A DNA stretch of 64,000 nt from Chthoniobacteraceae bacterium (GTDB lineage Bacteria; Verrucomicrobiota; Verrucomicrobiia; Chthoniobacterales; Chthoniobacteraceae): NCBI GenBank assembly GCA_040081625.1, contig JBEBGD010000005.1:1-64000 (forward strand), read 5' to 3'. The notes under the pieces were generated by a model. The model did not search any database. It saw nothing but the letters and a program-made list of their open reading frames with translations, and was not told the origin of the DNA. The position numbers and the translations under genes are program-made. Shown here in pieces: positions 48,133 through 57,219 of the stretch. The number at the start of each line of letters is the position of its first letter. The stretch's first letter is position 1.

Positions 48133-49145
48133 CTGAGCAGCGGCGCGAAGAATCTCTCCAGCGCCTCGGCGCCCTTGGCGAAGCTGATCGTCGCGCGCGC
48201 GTTTTCCACGGCCTGCACGACCATGTCCGCGCAGTCGTGCGGATGCTCGAAGAGCCGCGCGGCCATGTCGAAGAGCTGCTCATGCGTGCGGCCGAAGCCG
48301 CACAGCTCGGGGAAGACAAGCCGCTCAATCGTGCCGTGGCCGCCGAGGCACGGCACGCGCGCGAGCAGCGCGTCGCCAGCGACCTGGCCGGGCACTGTGC
48401 TCGCGTCGAGCTGGAAGACGAAGCGGTGCTTGGCGACAGCGCGCAGGTATTTCGGATACGGCAGGCGCTCCTCGACGATGCGCAGCGCGCCTTCGCCGTA
48501 GTCGAGCTGGCGCAGCATCCGGCGCCCGCGCCAGCCTTCGAAGTTGAACACGGTCACGGTTTCGCCCAGCCCCTCGGCGAGCCGGCGGATGAGCTGGAGC
48601 GCGGCGAAGTGGTTGCGCGTGGGCGTGGCGAACTCGCGCGTGCCGATGAGCACGCCGCTCTTTTCCTCCTCCGGCCGCGTGAAGTCCCAGCGCGCGTCCT
48701 CGACGGGATACGGCGTGGGGATCAGTTCGACGCGCTGCGCGCCGGTCCACAGGAACAGCGGCACGAGGTCCGCGGTGGTCGCGATCGCGCCGTCGCTCAT
48801 CTCGCAGCACTGGCGGAAAAGATCGATGTTGCGCCCGCGCGCGAGTTGCTCGGCGATCTGATGCCCGCCCGCTTCCTTCCATGCGATCACGATGGTCTTC
48901 TTTTCGCGCCGCAGCCGCGTGATGGCTTTCGCTGCGCGCGAGAGATCGCGCGTGAGCAGCAGGATCACTGCGCGCACGTCCTTCGGGATTGCATCGTAGT
49001 CGCTCGCGAAGACGCCGCCCGTGCATGCGGCGAAGGCGTGATAGTTGACCGGCGCGTGCGCCTTTTCGTCGGGCGCACCGGCGAAGTCGGGGAAGCGTTG
49101 ATCGGGATCACGCCCGCCGGGATTGAGGACAGCGACTTTGAGCAT
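48129..49145 (-). CDS. Conserved hypothetical protein, glycosyltransferase-like
   Basis: C-terminal GQVAGDALLARVPCLGG resembles a GT-B motif. Confidence 0.6.
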   Translation of the reverse strand: MLKVAVLNPGGRDPDQRFPDFAGAPDEKAHAPVNYHAFAACTGGVFASDYDAIPKDVRAVILLLTRDLSRAAKAITRLRREKKTIVIAWKEAGGHQIAEQLARGRNIDLFRQCCEMSDGAIATTADLVPLFLWTGAQRVELIPTPYPVEDARWDFTRPEEEKSGVLIGTREFATPTRNHFAALQLIRRLAEGLGETVTVFNFEGWRGRRMLRQLDYGEGALRIVEERLPYPKYLRAVAKHRFVFQLDASTVPGQVAGDALLARVPCLGGHGTIERLVFPELCGFGRTHEQLFDMAARLFEHPHDCADMVVQAVENARATISFAKGAEALERFFAPLLR

Positions 49146-49178
49146 CGGGCGCGGACAAGACGCCATTACCGGGTGAGG

Positions 49179-49544
49179 TCAAAGGCCGAACTGCTCGTCG
49201 ATCGCGCGCCGGTCCTGCTTGGTCGGTCGGCCCGCGCCCTTCGCGCGAAAGCCGGGCGGGAGAAGGTTCGCATCGCGGCGGCGCGCGTATTCTTCGGGCG
49301 GCGTGAGGTCTTCGGCGAATTGCGCGACGAGCTTCGCGGCTACGCGGGAAGGCGGGGCGGCGAGCACCCGGATGGTGCGGGTCAACTGGCCCACGCGCGC
49401 GGCGATGACCTCGCCGGGGCGGACCTCGTGGGCCGGCTTGGTCGGCCCGGCGGCGATCTTCACGTGCCCGCCTTTGATCGCGTCGGCGGCGAGGGTGCGA
49501 GTCTTGTAGATGCGGATGGCCCAGAGCCATTGATCGAGTCGCAT
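49179..49544 (-). CDS. hslR: S4-domain ribosome-associated heat shock protein Hsp15
   Basis: MRLDQWLWAIRIYKTRTLA, KPAHEV, GRPTKQDRR. Confidence 0.9.
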   Translation of the reverse strand: MRLDQWLWAIRIYKTRTLAADAIKGGHVKIAAGPTKPAHEVRPGEVIAARVGQLTRTIRVLAAPPSRVAAKLVAQFAEDLTPPEEYARRRDANLLPPGFRAKGAGRPTKQDRRAIDEQFGL

Positions 49545-49590
49545 GGGCGGATGCTTGGCACGCGGGAGCAGTCGAAGCGAGGGCGAAGTT

Positions 49591-49612
49591 TTATGATTAC
49601 TTGCGATCATAA
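49591..49612. promoter_or_regulatory. Putative DeoR-family operator, site 1
   Basis: Palindrome TTATGAT-N8-ATCATAA upstream of the regulator gene. Confidence 0.7.
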
Positions 49613-49629
49613 CGTGTTACTCTGGGTCC

Positions 49630-50523
49630 GTGAAAGTGCCCATGCACGTCATCCTAGCCCGCCGGGAGAAGCTGGCGGCACTGATCGAGCAGCACCGCTT
49701 CCTGCCGGTGAAGGAGTTGTGTCGTCGATTCGGAGTGTCCGAGGCGACGATGCGGCGGGATCTGGCGGCCTTGCATGGGGAGAAGCGGATCACGCGGACC
49801 TTCGGCGGAGCGCTCAAGGAGTTTAATGAGCGGTTTCCGTCGTTTCGAGAGCGGCAACACCGGGCCTCGCGCTCGAAGACGCGGGTCGCCCGGCTCGCGC
49901 TCGGTCTGTTGGAGGCGGGGAAGACCTACTTCTTCGACTCGGGGACGACGGTCTTTTCCATCGCCGAAGCTTTCCGCGACGCACCCGTGACGCCGATCAC
50001 GATCGTGACCTCGAACCTGCCGGTCGGTGAGATGCTGGCCGCGATCCCCGGAGTCGAGGTCTTCCAGCTCGCCGGGCAACTCCTGCACCTCCAATCGACG
50101 CTTCTCGGCGAGACGGCTCAGCGCAGCCTTGAGTTCTGGCACTTCGATTGGGCCTTTCTCTCGACGGAAGGGATGACGCCGAGCGGACTGTGGAACTCGC
50201 AGATCGCGATCGTCGAGCAGCAGAAGGTCGTGCTCCGGCGGAGCGCCCGCCACGTCTTCTGCGTTGATAGCTCGAAACTGAACCGGCAGGCTCCGCACTT
50301 TCTCATCGGCTGGAACGAGATCGATACCCTGCTCACGGACGTGCCGATTCAGAAGCTGCATGCGGCGGGCATTATGATCGACCCCGCTCACTACCTCGGG
50401 CCGGATTCGCTCAAGACAGCAGCCGGCGAGGTCGGTGGGGAAGCCGGGGAGTCAGCGCCGGAAAAGGCAGTTTCAGAAGGAAAACCTCCCGTCGAGGGCG
50501 ACCTACCCGTCCATTTTTTATGA
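49630..50523 (+). CDS. DeoR/GlpR-family transcriptional regulator of the BMC locus
   Basis: FGVSEATMRRDL...RTFGGA HTH, FFDSGTT, DSSK. Confidence 0.92.
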   Translation: MKVPMHVILARREKLAALIEQHRFLPVKELCRRFGVSEATMRRDLAALHGEKRITRTFGGALKEFNERFPSFRERQHRASRSKTRVARLALGLLEAGKTYFFDSGTTVFSIAEAFRDAPVTPITIVTSNLPVGEMLAAIPGVEVFQLAGQLLHLQSTLLGETAQRSLEFWHFDWAFLSTEGMTPSGLWNSQIAIVEQQKVVLRRSARHVFCVDSSKLNRQAPHFLIGWNEIDTLLTDVPIQKLHAAGIMIDPAHYLGPDSLKTAAGEVGGEAGESAPEKAVSEGKPPVEGDLPVHFL

Positions 50524-50589
50524 TCGGAAATAATCATAAAAAGGCTTTGACGTGCCGTCCGAAAGTTATATGACTGCGATCAATCATTT
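50518..50589. promoter_or_regulatory. Putative operator sites 2 and 3 flanking a TTGACG -35-like box
   Basis: TTATGAT-N8-ATCATAA at 50518-50539; degenerate ATATGAC-N8-ATCATTT at 50568-50589; TTGACG at 50547-50552. Confidence 0.65.
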
Positions 50590-50606
50590 AATTCTCCCCG
50601 TCTAGA

Positions 50607-51281
50607 ATGAGCGCCACTCTCAACAGCAACCGAGCCACCGTCGAGACTCTCGTCCGCTCAGCTTTGTTCAAGCAACTCGGCAAGGCGGCTCCAGCGGGGC
50701 CGGCGCCGACGCTCTTGGTGAACAGTTCCGCGCGGCACATGCACATCTCGCCGGAGAATCTCGAGACGCTTTTCGGCCCCGGTGCGAAGCTCACCGTCCA
50801 CAAGTGGCTTTATCAGGAAGGGCAGTTTGCCTCCGAGCAGACCGTCACCTTGATCGGGCCGCGCCGCCGCGTCATCCCGAGTCTGCGCATTCTCGGCCCC
50901 TGCCGGAATCTCACGCAGATCGAACTCGCGCTCACCGACGCGGTGCAGCTCGGCATGGACATCCCGGTGAAGATGTCCGGCGATATCAAGGGCACCCCGG
51001 GCGGCTACGTGATGGGGCCAAAGGGAATGCTGGAGATGAAGGACGGCCTCATCCGCGCGGCACGGCACGTCCACATGGCGCCGGGCGACGCGAAGTTTTA
51101 CGGCGTGAAGCACCTCGACCGCATCACGCTGAAGGTCACGTCGCCGGCGTGCAATACGCGCTTCGACGACCTCATCGTGCGCGTCGATCCGAGCTTCAAA
51201 CTCGAGGTCCACATGGACACCGACGAAGCGAACGCCTGCGACCTCGAGCGCGCGACCAAAGTCGAGCTGATCAAATCTTAA
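50607..51281 (+). CDS. pduL: Phosphate propanoyltransferase (BMC phosphotransacylase)
   Basis: SARHMH, RILGP.R..TQIE, AARHVHM, EVHMDTDEANA; N-terminal encapsulation-peptide-like helix. Confidence 0.93.
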   Translation: MSATLNSNRATVETLVRSALFKQLGKAAPAGPAPTLLVNSSARHMHISPENLETLFGPGAKLTVHKWLYQEGQFASEQTVTLIGPRRRVIPSLRILGPCRNLTQIELALTDAVQLGMDIPVKMSGDIKGTPGGYVMGPKGMLEMKDGLIRAARHVHMAPGDAKFYGVKHLDRITLKVTSPACNTRFDDLIVRVDPSFKLEVHMDTDEANACDLERATKVELIKS

Positions 51282-51304
51282 CCCTAACCCAAACAAACAA
51301 ACAC

Positions 51305-51574
51305 ATGAGCGAAGCAATCGGACTAATCGAAACTCGCGGCTACGTGGGCCTGGTGGAAGCCAGTGACGCCATGGTCAAGGCCGCGAACGTGCAACTGGTC
51401 AAATCCATCCCCATCGGCGGCGCGCTGATCACGACCATCGTCAAAGGCGATGTCGGCAGCGTCAAAGCAGCCGTCGAAGCGGGCAAGGAAGCGGCGAAAC
51501 GCGTGGGCAATCTCGTTGCCTCGCACGTCATCGCGCGTCCCGGACCCGACCTTCTCAAGTTCTTCACCGCCTAA
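51305..51574 (+). CDS. BMC-H shell protein
   Basis: AIGLIETRG...DAMVKAANV...[10 protein letters not shown]...HVIARP. Confidence 0.95.
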   Translation: MSEAIGLIETRGYVGLVEASDAMVKAANVQLVKSIPIGGALITTIVKGDVGSVKAAVEAGKEAAKRVGNLVASHVIARPGPDLLKFFTA

Positions 51575-51594
51575 CCTTTTACCAACCTACTACC

Positions 51595-51900
51595 ATGCCT
51601 GGACAAGCACTCGGAATGATCGAAACCAAAGGCCTCGTCGCACAGTTCGAAGCAACTGACGCGATGATCAAAGCCGCAAACGTGGAACTCATCGGCTGGG
51701 AAAAAGTCGGCTCGGGCTTCGTCAGCACATTCGTGCGCGGCGATGTCGCTGCGGTGAAAGCCGCGGTCGAAGCCGGCGCCACGGCCGCTGCCGCGGTCGG
51801 CGAAGTCGTCGCCGTCCACGTGATCCCGCGTCCGCACGACGACATCTACGGGCTCGGAAAATTCCTCGGCGGCAAGCCGGCGAACGGTCCCGCGAAGTAA
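51595..51900 (+). CDS. BMC-H shell protein
   Basis: ALGMIETKG...DAMIKAANV...[10 protein letters not shown]...HVIPRPH. Confidence 0.95.
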   Translation: MPGQALGMIETKGLVAQFEATDAMIKAANVELIGWEKVGSGFVSTFVRGDVAAVKAAVEAGATAAAAVGEVVAVHVIPRPHDDIYGLGKFLGGKPANGPAK

Positions 51901-51917
51901 GTCGCGCAGTCTCCGCG

Positions 51918-53102
51918 ATGACCGCCAATAAGATCCTCGTCGCCAACATCGGCAGCACCTCGTTCAAGTTCCGCTTGATTGAGATGCCGGGCGAGCGCGT
52001 GCTCGCGAAGGGCGGCGTGGAGCGGATCGGCGGCGCGGAATCGACTTACAAATACCAGGTCGGCGACGACGCTGAGCAGAAAGGCGTCGCGGCGTTGCCC
52101 GACCACGGCGCGGCGATCGCGCTCGTCGAGAAGGCACTCGGCGGTTTCGACGGACTCGCGGCGGTCGGTTTCAAGCCGGTGATGGCGCGCGGCATCTCGG
52201 GCACGCAAGTGCTCGCCGAGCCCGTGCTGCGCGCGATGGAGGAAATCAACACGCTCCTCCCCGCGCACAACCCGCCCTACGTCGCCGCCGTCCGCAGCTT
52301 CCACAAATCGCACCCGCACCTGCCGTGCATCGGCACGTTCGAGACCGCGTTCTACGACGACGTGCCGGTCGAAAATGTGCGCTACCCGGTGCCACGCGAG
52401 TGGGAGACAAAATACGGCATCCGCCGCTACGGCTTCCACGGCGCGAGTCATCGCTTCGTCACGCAGCGATGCGCGGAACTGCGCGGAACGGACCAACTCC
52501 GCATCATCTCCTGCCACCTCGGTGGCAGCAGTTCGATCGCCGCGGTGCGCAACGGCAAGGCCATTGACTCGAGTTGGGGCATGACCCCGCAGAGCGGCCT
52601 GCCGCAAAACAATCGCGTGGGCGACTTCGATGTCTTCGCTCTCATCTACCTCGCCCGCGATCTCGGCCTCGGCATCGATGCAGTCGAAAAAGCGCTCACC
52701 TCGCAGTCTGGCCTCAAGGGCCTCTCCGGCCTCGCGACCGGCGACGTGCGCGACCTCGTCGAAGCATCCGCGAGCGGCAATGCCGACGCGAAGATCGCGC
52801 TCGATGTCTTCGTCGCCGCGATCCGCAAATACATCGGCCAATTCCTCGTCGAGTTGAACGGCGCCGACGTGCTCATCTTCACCGCCGGCATCGCAGAAAA
52901 TCATCCGGGGTTGCGTGAGAGAATCTGCGCGAACCTCGACTTCTGCGGCCTCGAACTCGACCTCGACGCGAACGCCCGCACGCGCGGCGACGAAGCCATC
53001 ATTTCCACCCCGCGCTCGAAGATCGAAGTGCGCGTCATCCCCACGAACGAAGAACTCATCATCGCCCGCAACGCGTGGGCCAAGCTTTCCAACCTCAACT
53101 AA
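51918..53102 (+). CDS. ackA: Acetate/propionate-family kinase
   Basis: NIGSTSFK, PAHNP, RRYGFHGASH, HLGGSSS, FTAGIAEN, PTNEELIIA. Confidence 0.92.
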   Translation: MTANKILVANIGSTSFKFRLIEMPGERVLAKGGVERIGGAESTYKYQVGDDAEQKGVAALPDHGAAIALVEKALGGFDGLAAVGFKPVMARGISGTQVLAEPVLRAMEEINTLLPAHNPPYVAAVRSFHKSHPHLPCIGTFETAFYDDVPVENVRYPVPREWETKYGIRRYGFHGASHRFVTQRCAELRGTDQLRIISCHLGGSSSIAAVRNGKAIDSSWGMTPQSGLPQNNRVGDFDVFALIYLARDLGLGIDAVEKALTSQSGLKGLSGLATGDVRDLVEASASGNADAKIALDVFVAAIRKYIGQFLVELNGADVLIFTAGIAENHPGLRERICANLDFCGLELDLDANARTRGDEAIISTPRSKIEVRVIPTNEELIIARNAWAKLSNLN

Positions 53103-53119
53103 CCCAACAACCAAAACCT

Positions 53120-53401
53120 ATGGCACAACAAGCAATCGGAATGATCGAAACACGCGGCCTCATCGCACTCGTCGAGGCGACTGACGCGATGCTCAAATCG
53201 GCCAACGTCGAACTCGTCGGCCCCATCACCCAGGTCGGCAACGCGATGGTGACCGTCTGCGTCACCGGCGACGTCGCCGCCGTCAAAGCCGCGACCGAAG
53301 CCGGCAAGACCGCCGCGCAATCGCTCGGCGAGATCGTCAGCGTCAGCGTCATCGCACGCCCGCACGGCGACCTCGGCGCCGTCCTGCCGAAGGCCAAGTA
53401 A
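53120..53401 (+). CDS. BMC-H shell protein
   Basis: AIGMIETRG...DAMLKSANV...GDVAAVKAA...VIARPH. Confidence 0.95.
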   Translation: MAQQAIGMIETRGLIALVEATDAMLKSANVELVGPITQVGNAMVTVCVTGDVAAVKAATEAGKTAAQSLGEIVSVSVIARPHGDLGAVLPKAK

Positions 53402-53402
53402 T

Positions 53403-53848
53403 GCGGAAAGCGGAAAGCGGAGACCGGAAAGAGACATGGCGAACGCTGACTTTGCTGCACGATCCTTTGGGTTTGCAGCGCGCATCATCCGCTTGTTTCA
53501 GGCGCTGCCGAAAGACGAAGTCTCTCGCACCCTCGGGCGTCAGCTTCTCCGCTCGGGCACGTCTGTCGGAGCTAATGCTCGCGCCGCGAAGCGTGCCCGT
53601 TCCCGAGCCGAGTTCGTCGCCAAAATGGGAATCGTCGAGGAAGAAGCCGACGAGTCGATTTATTGGATCGACCTGCTTGTCGAAGTCGGCCTCCTCAAAC
53701 CCAAGCGCATCGAAGCTCTCCGGATCGAGTGCGAGGAAATCCTCTCCATCACCGTCGCGTCCATCAAAACCGCCCGAACAAATGCCCGAACAAAAACATA
53801 ACCGCGCAATGCGAACTCTCTCCGCATTCCGCATTCCGCTCTCCGCTC
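53403..53848. repeat. Inverted heptamer arrays flanking the four-helix-bundle gene
   Basis: GCGGAAA-type x4 at 53403-53430 and TCCGCAT/TCCGCTC x4 at 53821-53848. Confidence 0.8.
53436..53801 (+). CDS. Four-helix-bundle protein (23S rRNA intervening-sequence protein family)
   Basis: QLLRSGTSVGAN, SRAEFVAKMGIVEEEADESIYW; flanked by inverted heptamer arrays. Confidence 0.88.
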   Translation: MANADFAARSFGFAARIIRLFQALPKDEVSRTLGRQLLRSGTSVGANARAAKRARSRAEFVAKMGIVEEEADESIYWIDLLVEVGLLKPKRIEALRIECEEILSITVASIKTARTNARTKT

Positions 53849-53852
53849 TCCT

Positions 53853-54161
53853 ATGATCCTCGCCCGGGTCGAAGGCAGCGTCGTCGCGACGAAGAAGAAC
53901 ACGAAGATGACGGGGAATAAATTCCTCCTCGTCCGTCCGCTCGTGATCGATTCCACGGACGCGAAAACGTGGAAGCCAGGCACGACTACGCTCGTCGCCG
54001 TGGACAGCCTCGGCGCGGGTGAAGGTGAGATCGTCCTCGTCGTCCAGGGCAGCTCCGCGCGCCTCGCTGCCGACGACAAGGATTCGCCCGTCGATGCCGT
54101 CGTGATCGGCCTCGTGGACACGGTCGATATCGGAAAACACATCCTCTACAAGGCGCAGTAA
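53853..54161 (+). CDS. BMC-P vertex protein (EutN/CcmL family)
   Basis: ARVEGSVVATKK, VAVDSLGAGEGE, QGSSAR, PVDAVVIGLVD. Confidence 0.93.
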   Translation: MILARVEGSVVATKKNTKMTGNKFLLVRPLVIDSTDAKTWKPGTTTLVAVDSLGAGEGEIVLVVQGSSARLAADDKDSPVDAVVIGLVDTVDIGKHILYKAQ

Positions 54162-54173
54162 CCACACACTTAA

Positions 54174-55604
54174 ATGGCAACACTGGACGAAAGAATTGTA
54201 TCGAGAGTCGTGAGCGAAGTGCTCGCGCGTTTGCAGTCGCAGACCAAAGTCGCGTCGTCGGGGCAGAGTAGCTTCGGCGTTTACGACAAGATGGACGACG
54301 CGTGCGAAGCCGCGCATCGCTCATTTGAAAAGCTGCGCGAGCTCGGCGTGAACGCACGCAAGCAGGCGATCAACGTGATCCGGCGCATGTGTGTCGCGAA
54401 AGCGAAGGAGTGGGGCGAGATCGAATTTGCCGAGACGAAGATCGGCCGGCTCGATCACAAGATCGAGAAACTCAAAATCTGCGGCGACCTCGTGCCGGGC
54501 GTCGAATTCATGGAGCGCCACGCATTCAGCGGCGACTTCGGATTGACCGTGATCGACTTCGCGCCGTGGGGCGTGATCGGCGCGGTGACGCCTTCGACGC
54601 ACAGCGTCCCGACGCTCACCGGCAACGCGATCAACATGATCGCCTCGGGCAACGCCGCCGTCTTCAACACACACCCTGCCGCCGCGGGCTGCGCCGCGCT
54701 CGCGATCCGCAGCTACAACGAAGGCATCTTCCAGGAGACCGGCATCAGCGACCTGCTCACCACCGTGGTGAAGCCGACGCTCGAAACCTTCGACACGATG
54801 TGCAAGCACGCGAAGGTGAAGCTGCTCTGCGTCACCGGCGGTCCCGCCGTCGTCGCCGCGGCGATGAAAACCGGAAAGCGCGCCGTGTGCGCCGGGCCCG
54901 GCAATCCGCCCGTCGTCGTCGATGAAACTGCCGACCTCGCGAACGCGGCGCGGTGCATCATCCAAGGCGCGAGCTACGACAACAACCTGCTCTGCATCGG
55001 CGAGAAGGAAGTCTTCGTCGTCGAGAGCGTGGCCGACAAACTTTTCGCTGAGCTGAAGAAAGCCGGCGCCGTGCAACTCGACGCGAAGCAGATCGAGGCG
55101 CTCGCGGAGAAAGCGTTCGTCTTCCCGCAGGGCAAAGGAGCGGGGTGCCCGCACCCGGTCGTGAATCGCGATCTCGTCGGTCGCGACGCCGCGGTGCTCG
55201 CGAAAGCGATCGGCCTCAGCGTGCCGCCCGCGACGCAGCTCCTTTTCGGCGAGACGAAGGAAGATCACATCTTCGTCGATGAAGAGCAGATGATGCCGTT
55301 CATCCCGATCGTGCGCGTGCCGAACGTGGACGCCGGCATCGCCGCCGCGATCCGCGCGGAGCACAACTACAAGCACACGGCGATCATGCACTCCACGAAC
55401 ATCAAGGCGCTCACGAAAATGGCGCAGGCCGTGGACACAACGCTCTTCATCAAGAACGGCCCGTGCATGACCGGCCTCGGGCTCGGCGGCGAAGGCTTCC
55501 TCAGCTTCTCCGTCGCCACGCCCACCGGCGAAGGCGTGACCACGCCGATGACATTCACCCGCTCACGCCGCTGCGTGATGGTGGAGGAACTCAACCTTTT
55601 CTAA
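54174..55604 (+). CDS. CoA-acylating aldehyde dehydrogenase (EutE/PduP-like)
   Basis: PWGVIGAVTPST, TGGPAVV, GPGNPP, DNNLLCIGEK, PTGEG; N-terminal encapsulation-peptide-like helix. Confidence 0.93.
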   Translation: MATLDERIVSRVVSEVLARLQSQTKVASSGQSSFGVYDKMDDACEAAHRSFEKLRELGVNARKQAINVIRRMCVAKAKEWGEIEFAETKIGRLDHKIEKLKICGDLVPGVEFMERHAFSGDFGLTVIDFAPWGVIGAVTPSTHSVPTLTGNAINMIASGNAAVFNTHPAAAGCAALAIRSYNEGIFQETGISDLLTTVVKPTLETFDTMCKHAKVKLLCVTGGPAVVAAAMKTGKRAVCAGPGNPPVVVDETADLANAARCIIQGASYDNNLLCIGEKEVFVVESVADKLFAELKKAGAVQLDAKQIEALAEKAFVFPQGKGAGCPHPVVNRDLVGRDAAVLAKAIGLSVPPATQLLFGETKEDHIFVDEEQMMPFIPIVRVPNVDAGIAAAIRAEHNYKHTAIMHSTNIKALTKMAQAVDTTLFIKNGPCMTGLGLGGEGFLSFSVATPTGEGVTTPMTFTRSRRCVMVEELNLF

Positions 55605-55868
55605 ATGCGCCTCGCGACGATCCACGGCTACGCCACATCGACGATCAAGCACCGCAGCCTCGAAGGCTGGCGCTTGCTGATCGCGATACCGGAGAGCCCG
55701 GACCTTGCGCCGCAGATCGTGCTCGATTCGCTCGGCGCGGGCATCGGCCAGCGCGTGTTGATCTCCAGCGACGGAAGCGAAGCGCGAAAGATGGTGAACG
55801 ATCAACGCAGCCCCGCGCGCTGGACCGTGATGGGGATCATCGATCCGGAGAGGGATCTCGCGATATGA
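55605..55868 (+). CDS. BMC-P vertex protein (EutN/CcmL family)
   Basis: GYATSTIKH, DSLGAGIGQRVLISSDG, MGIID. Confidence 0.88.
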   Translation: MRLATIHGYATSTIKHRSLEGWRLLIAIPESPDLAPQIVLDSLGAGIGQRVLISSDGSEARKMVNDQRSPARWTVMGIIDPERDLAI

Positions 55869-56143
55869 GGATGGGCACCGTCATCGGTCGCGTGACACTT
55901 TCCGTGCGCCACAAACGCTACTCCGGCGAGCGCCTGCTCCTAACGCTGCCGTGGAAGACGGACACGTTCAACGGAGCGGCGAAACACGATCCGGCGATCG
56001 TCGTTTACGACCAACTCGGCGCGGGTGTCGGCCAGCACATCGCCATCAGCGAAGGCCGCGAAGCCGCCTGCCCTTTCCCGACCCCGACGCCCGTGGACGC
56101 CTACTGCGCCGCGCTCGTCGATGAACATTTTTACAAGAAATAA
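55865..56143 (+). CDS. BMC-P vertex protein (EutN/CcmL family)
   Basis: GTVIGRVTLS, YDQLGAGVG, SEGREA, PVDAYCAALVD. Confidence 0.88.
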   Translation: MRMGTVIGRVTLSVRHKRYSGERLLLTLPWKTDTFNGAAKHDPAIVVYDQLGAGVGQHIAISEGREAACPFPTPTPVDAYCAALVDEHFYKK

Positions 56144-56146
56144 TCT

Positions 56147-57217
56147 ATGACCCTGATCGCACAAAAAGAAGCCGCTGAGATCGTGAAAACCGGCGCGAAA
56201 GAGTTCCGCCAAGACAGCGAAACGCGCCTCACGCCGGGCGCGAAGGACATCCTCAACGACGCGGGCGTGAAGATCGTCTTCGCCGGCAACGCGACGCATT
56301 CGTCGAACGGCGCATCGTCGCAAGGCTACGCACCCGTGGCCGCACCCGCTCCCTACAGCACGGATGACGTGCGCCTCTTCGCCTCGAAGGAAGCGAACGA
56401 AATCAAGGAGCAGATCTGCGACATCGGCCGCCGCATCTGGGCTCGCGAATATTGCGATGGCAACGGCGGCAACATCTCCGCACGCCTCGCGCCGGATCGC
56501 TTCATCTGCACGCCGACCGGCGTCAGCAAAGGCTTCATGAAGCCCGACATGATGTGCATGGTGGACGGCAAGGGCACGCAGCTCGGCGGCACGTGGAAGC
56601 GATCGAGCGAGATCACGACGCACATGGCCATCTTCCACTCGACGCCGGAGGCGATGAGCGTCTGTCACGCGCATCCGTGCCACGCGGGCGCGTTCGCGAT
56701 CAAAGGCATGCAGCCGCCGCCGCGACTCATTCCGGAGTTGGAAGTGTTCGTCGGCACCGTCGCCTACACGCCTTACAAGACGCCGGGTTCGCCGGAGATC
56801 GCGGCGGAGATTTTCCCGCTCGCGCCGAAGCACCAGTCCATCCTCATGGGCAACCACGGCGTCATCTGCTGGGGCAAATCGGTCGAGGACGCGTATTTCA
56901 AAATGGAGATCACCGACGCGTATTGCCGCACCGTGATCCTCGCGCAGGCGATCCCCGGCAGCGCGTCGATCCCATGCGACAAGCTGCCCGAATTGCTCAA
57001 CATCAAAAAGACGCTCGGCCTCCCCGATGATCGCTACGACCTCAAGCCCGCGGGACTCTGCGAAGTCGATCCGTGGCAGCAGATGTGCGGTTCGCACGGC
57101 TGCTCGTCGCCCGTCACGCCTTTCAATCCGATGACCAACGACAACACGAGCGACGCCGACATCGAAGCGCTCGTGCAAAAGCTCACCGACGAGATCGTCG
57201 CGAAGCTCGGGAAGTAA
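56147..57217 (+). CDS. Class II aldolase (fuculose/rhamnulose-phosphate aldolase-like)
   Basis: GGNISAR, TPTGVSKG, SSE...H, HAHP, MGNHG; C-terminal encapsulation-peptide-like IEALVQKLTDEIV. Confidence 0.9.
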   Translation: MTLIAQKEAAEIVKTGAKEFRQDSETRLTPGAKDILNDAGVKIVFAGNATHSSNGASSQGYAPVAAPAPYSTDDVRLFASKEANEIKEQICDIGRRIWAREYCDGNGGNISARLAPDRFICTPTGVSKGFMKPDMMCMVDGKGTQLGGTWKRSSEITTHMAIFHSTPEAMSVCHAHPCHAGAFAIKGMQPPPRLIPELEVFVGTVAYTPYKTPGSPEIAAEIFPLAPKHQSILMGNHGVICWGKSVEDAYFKMEITDAYCRTVILAQAIPGSASIPCDKLPELLNIKKTLGLPDDRYDLKPAGLCEVDPWQQMCGSHGCSSPVTPFNPMTNDNTSDADIEALVQKLTDEIVAKLGK

Positions 57218-57219
57218 GC

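Noticed and set aside
53436..53801. Avd of a diversity-generating retroelement
   Set aside because: No reverse transcriptase and no TR/VR pair with adenine-specific mismatches in the window.
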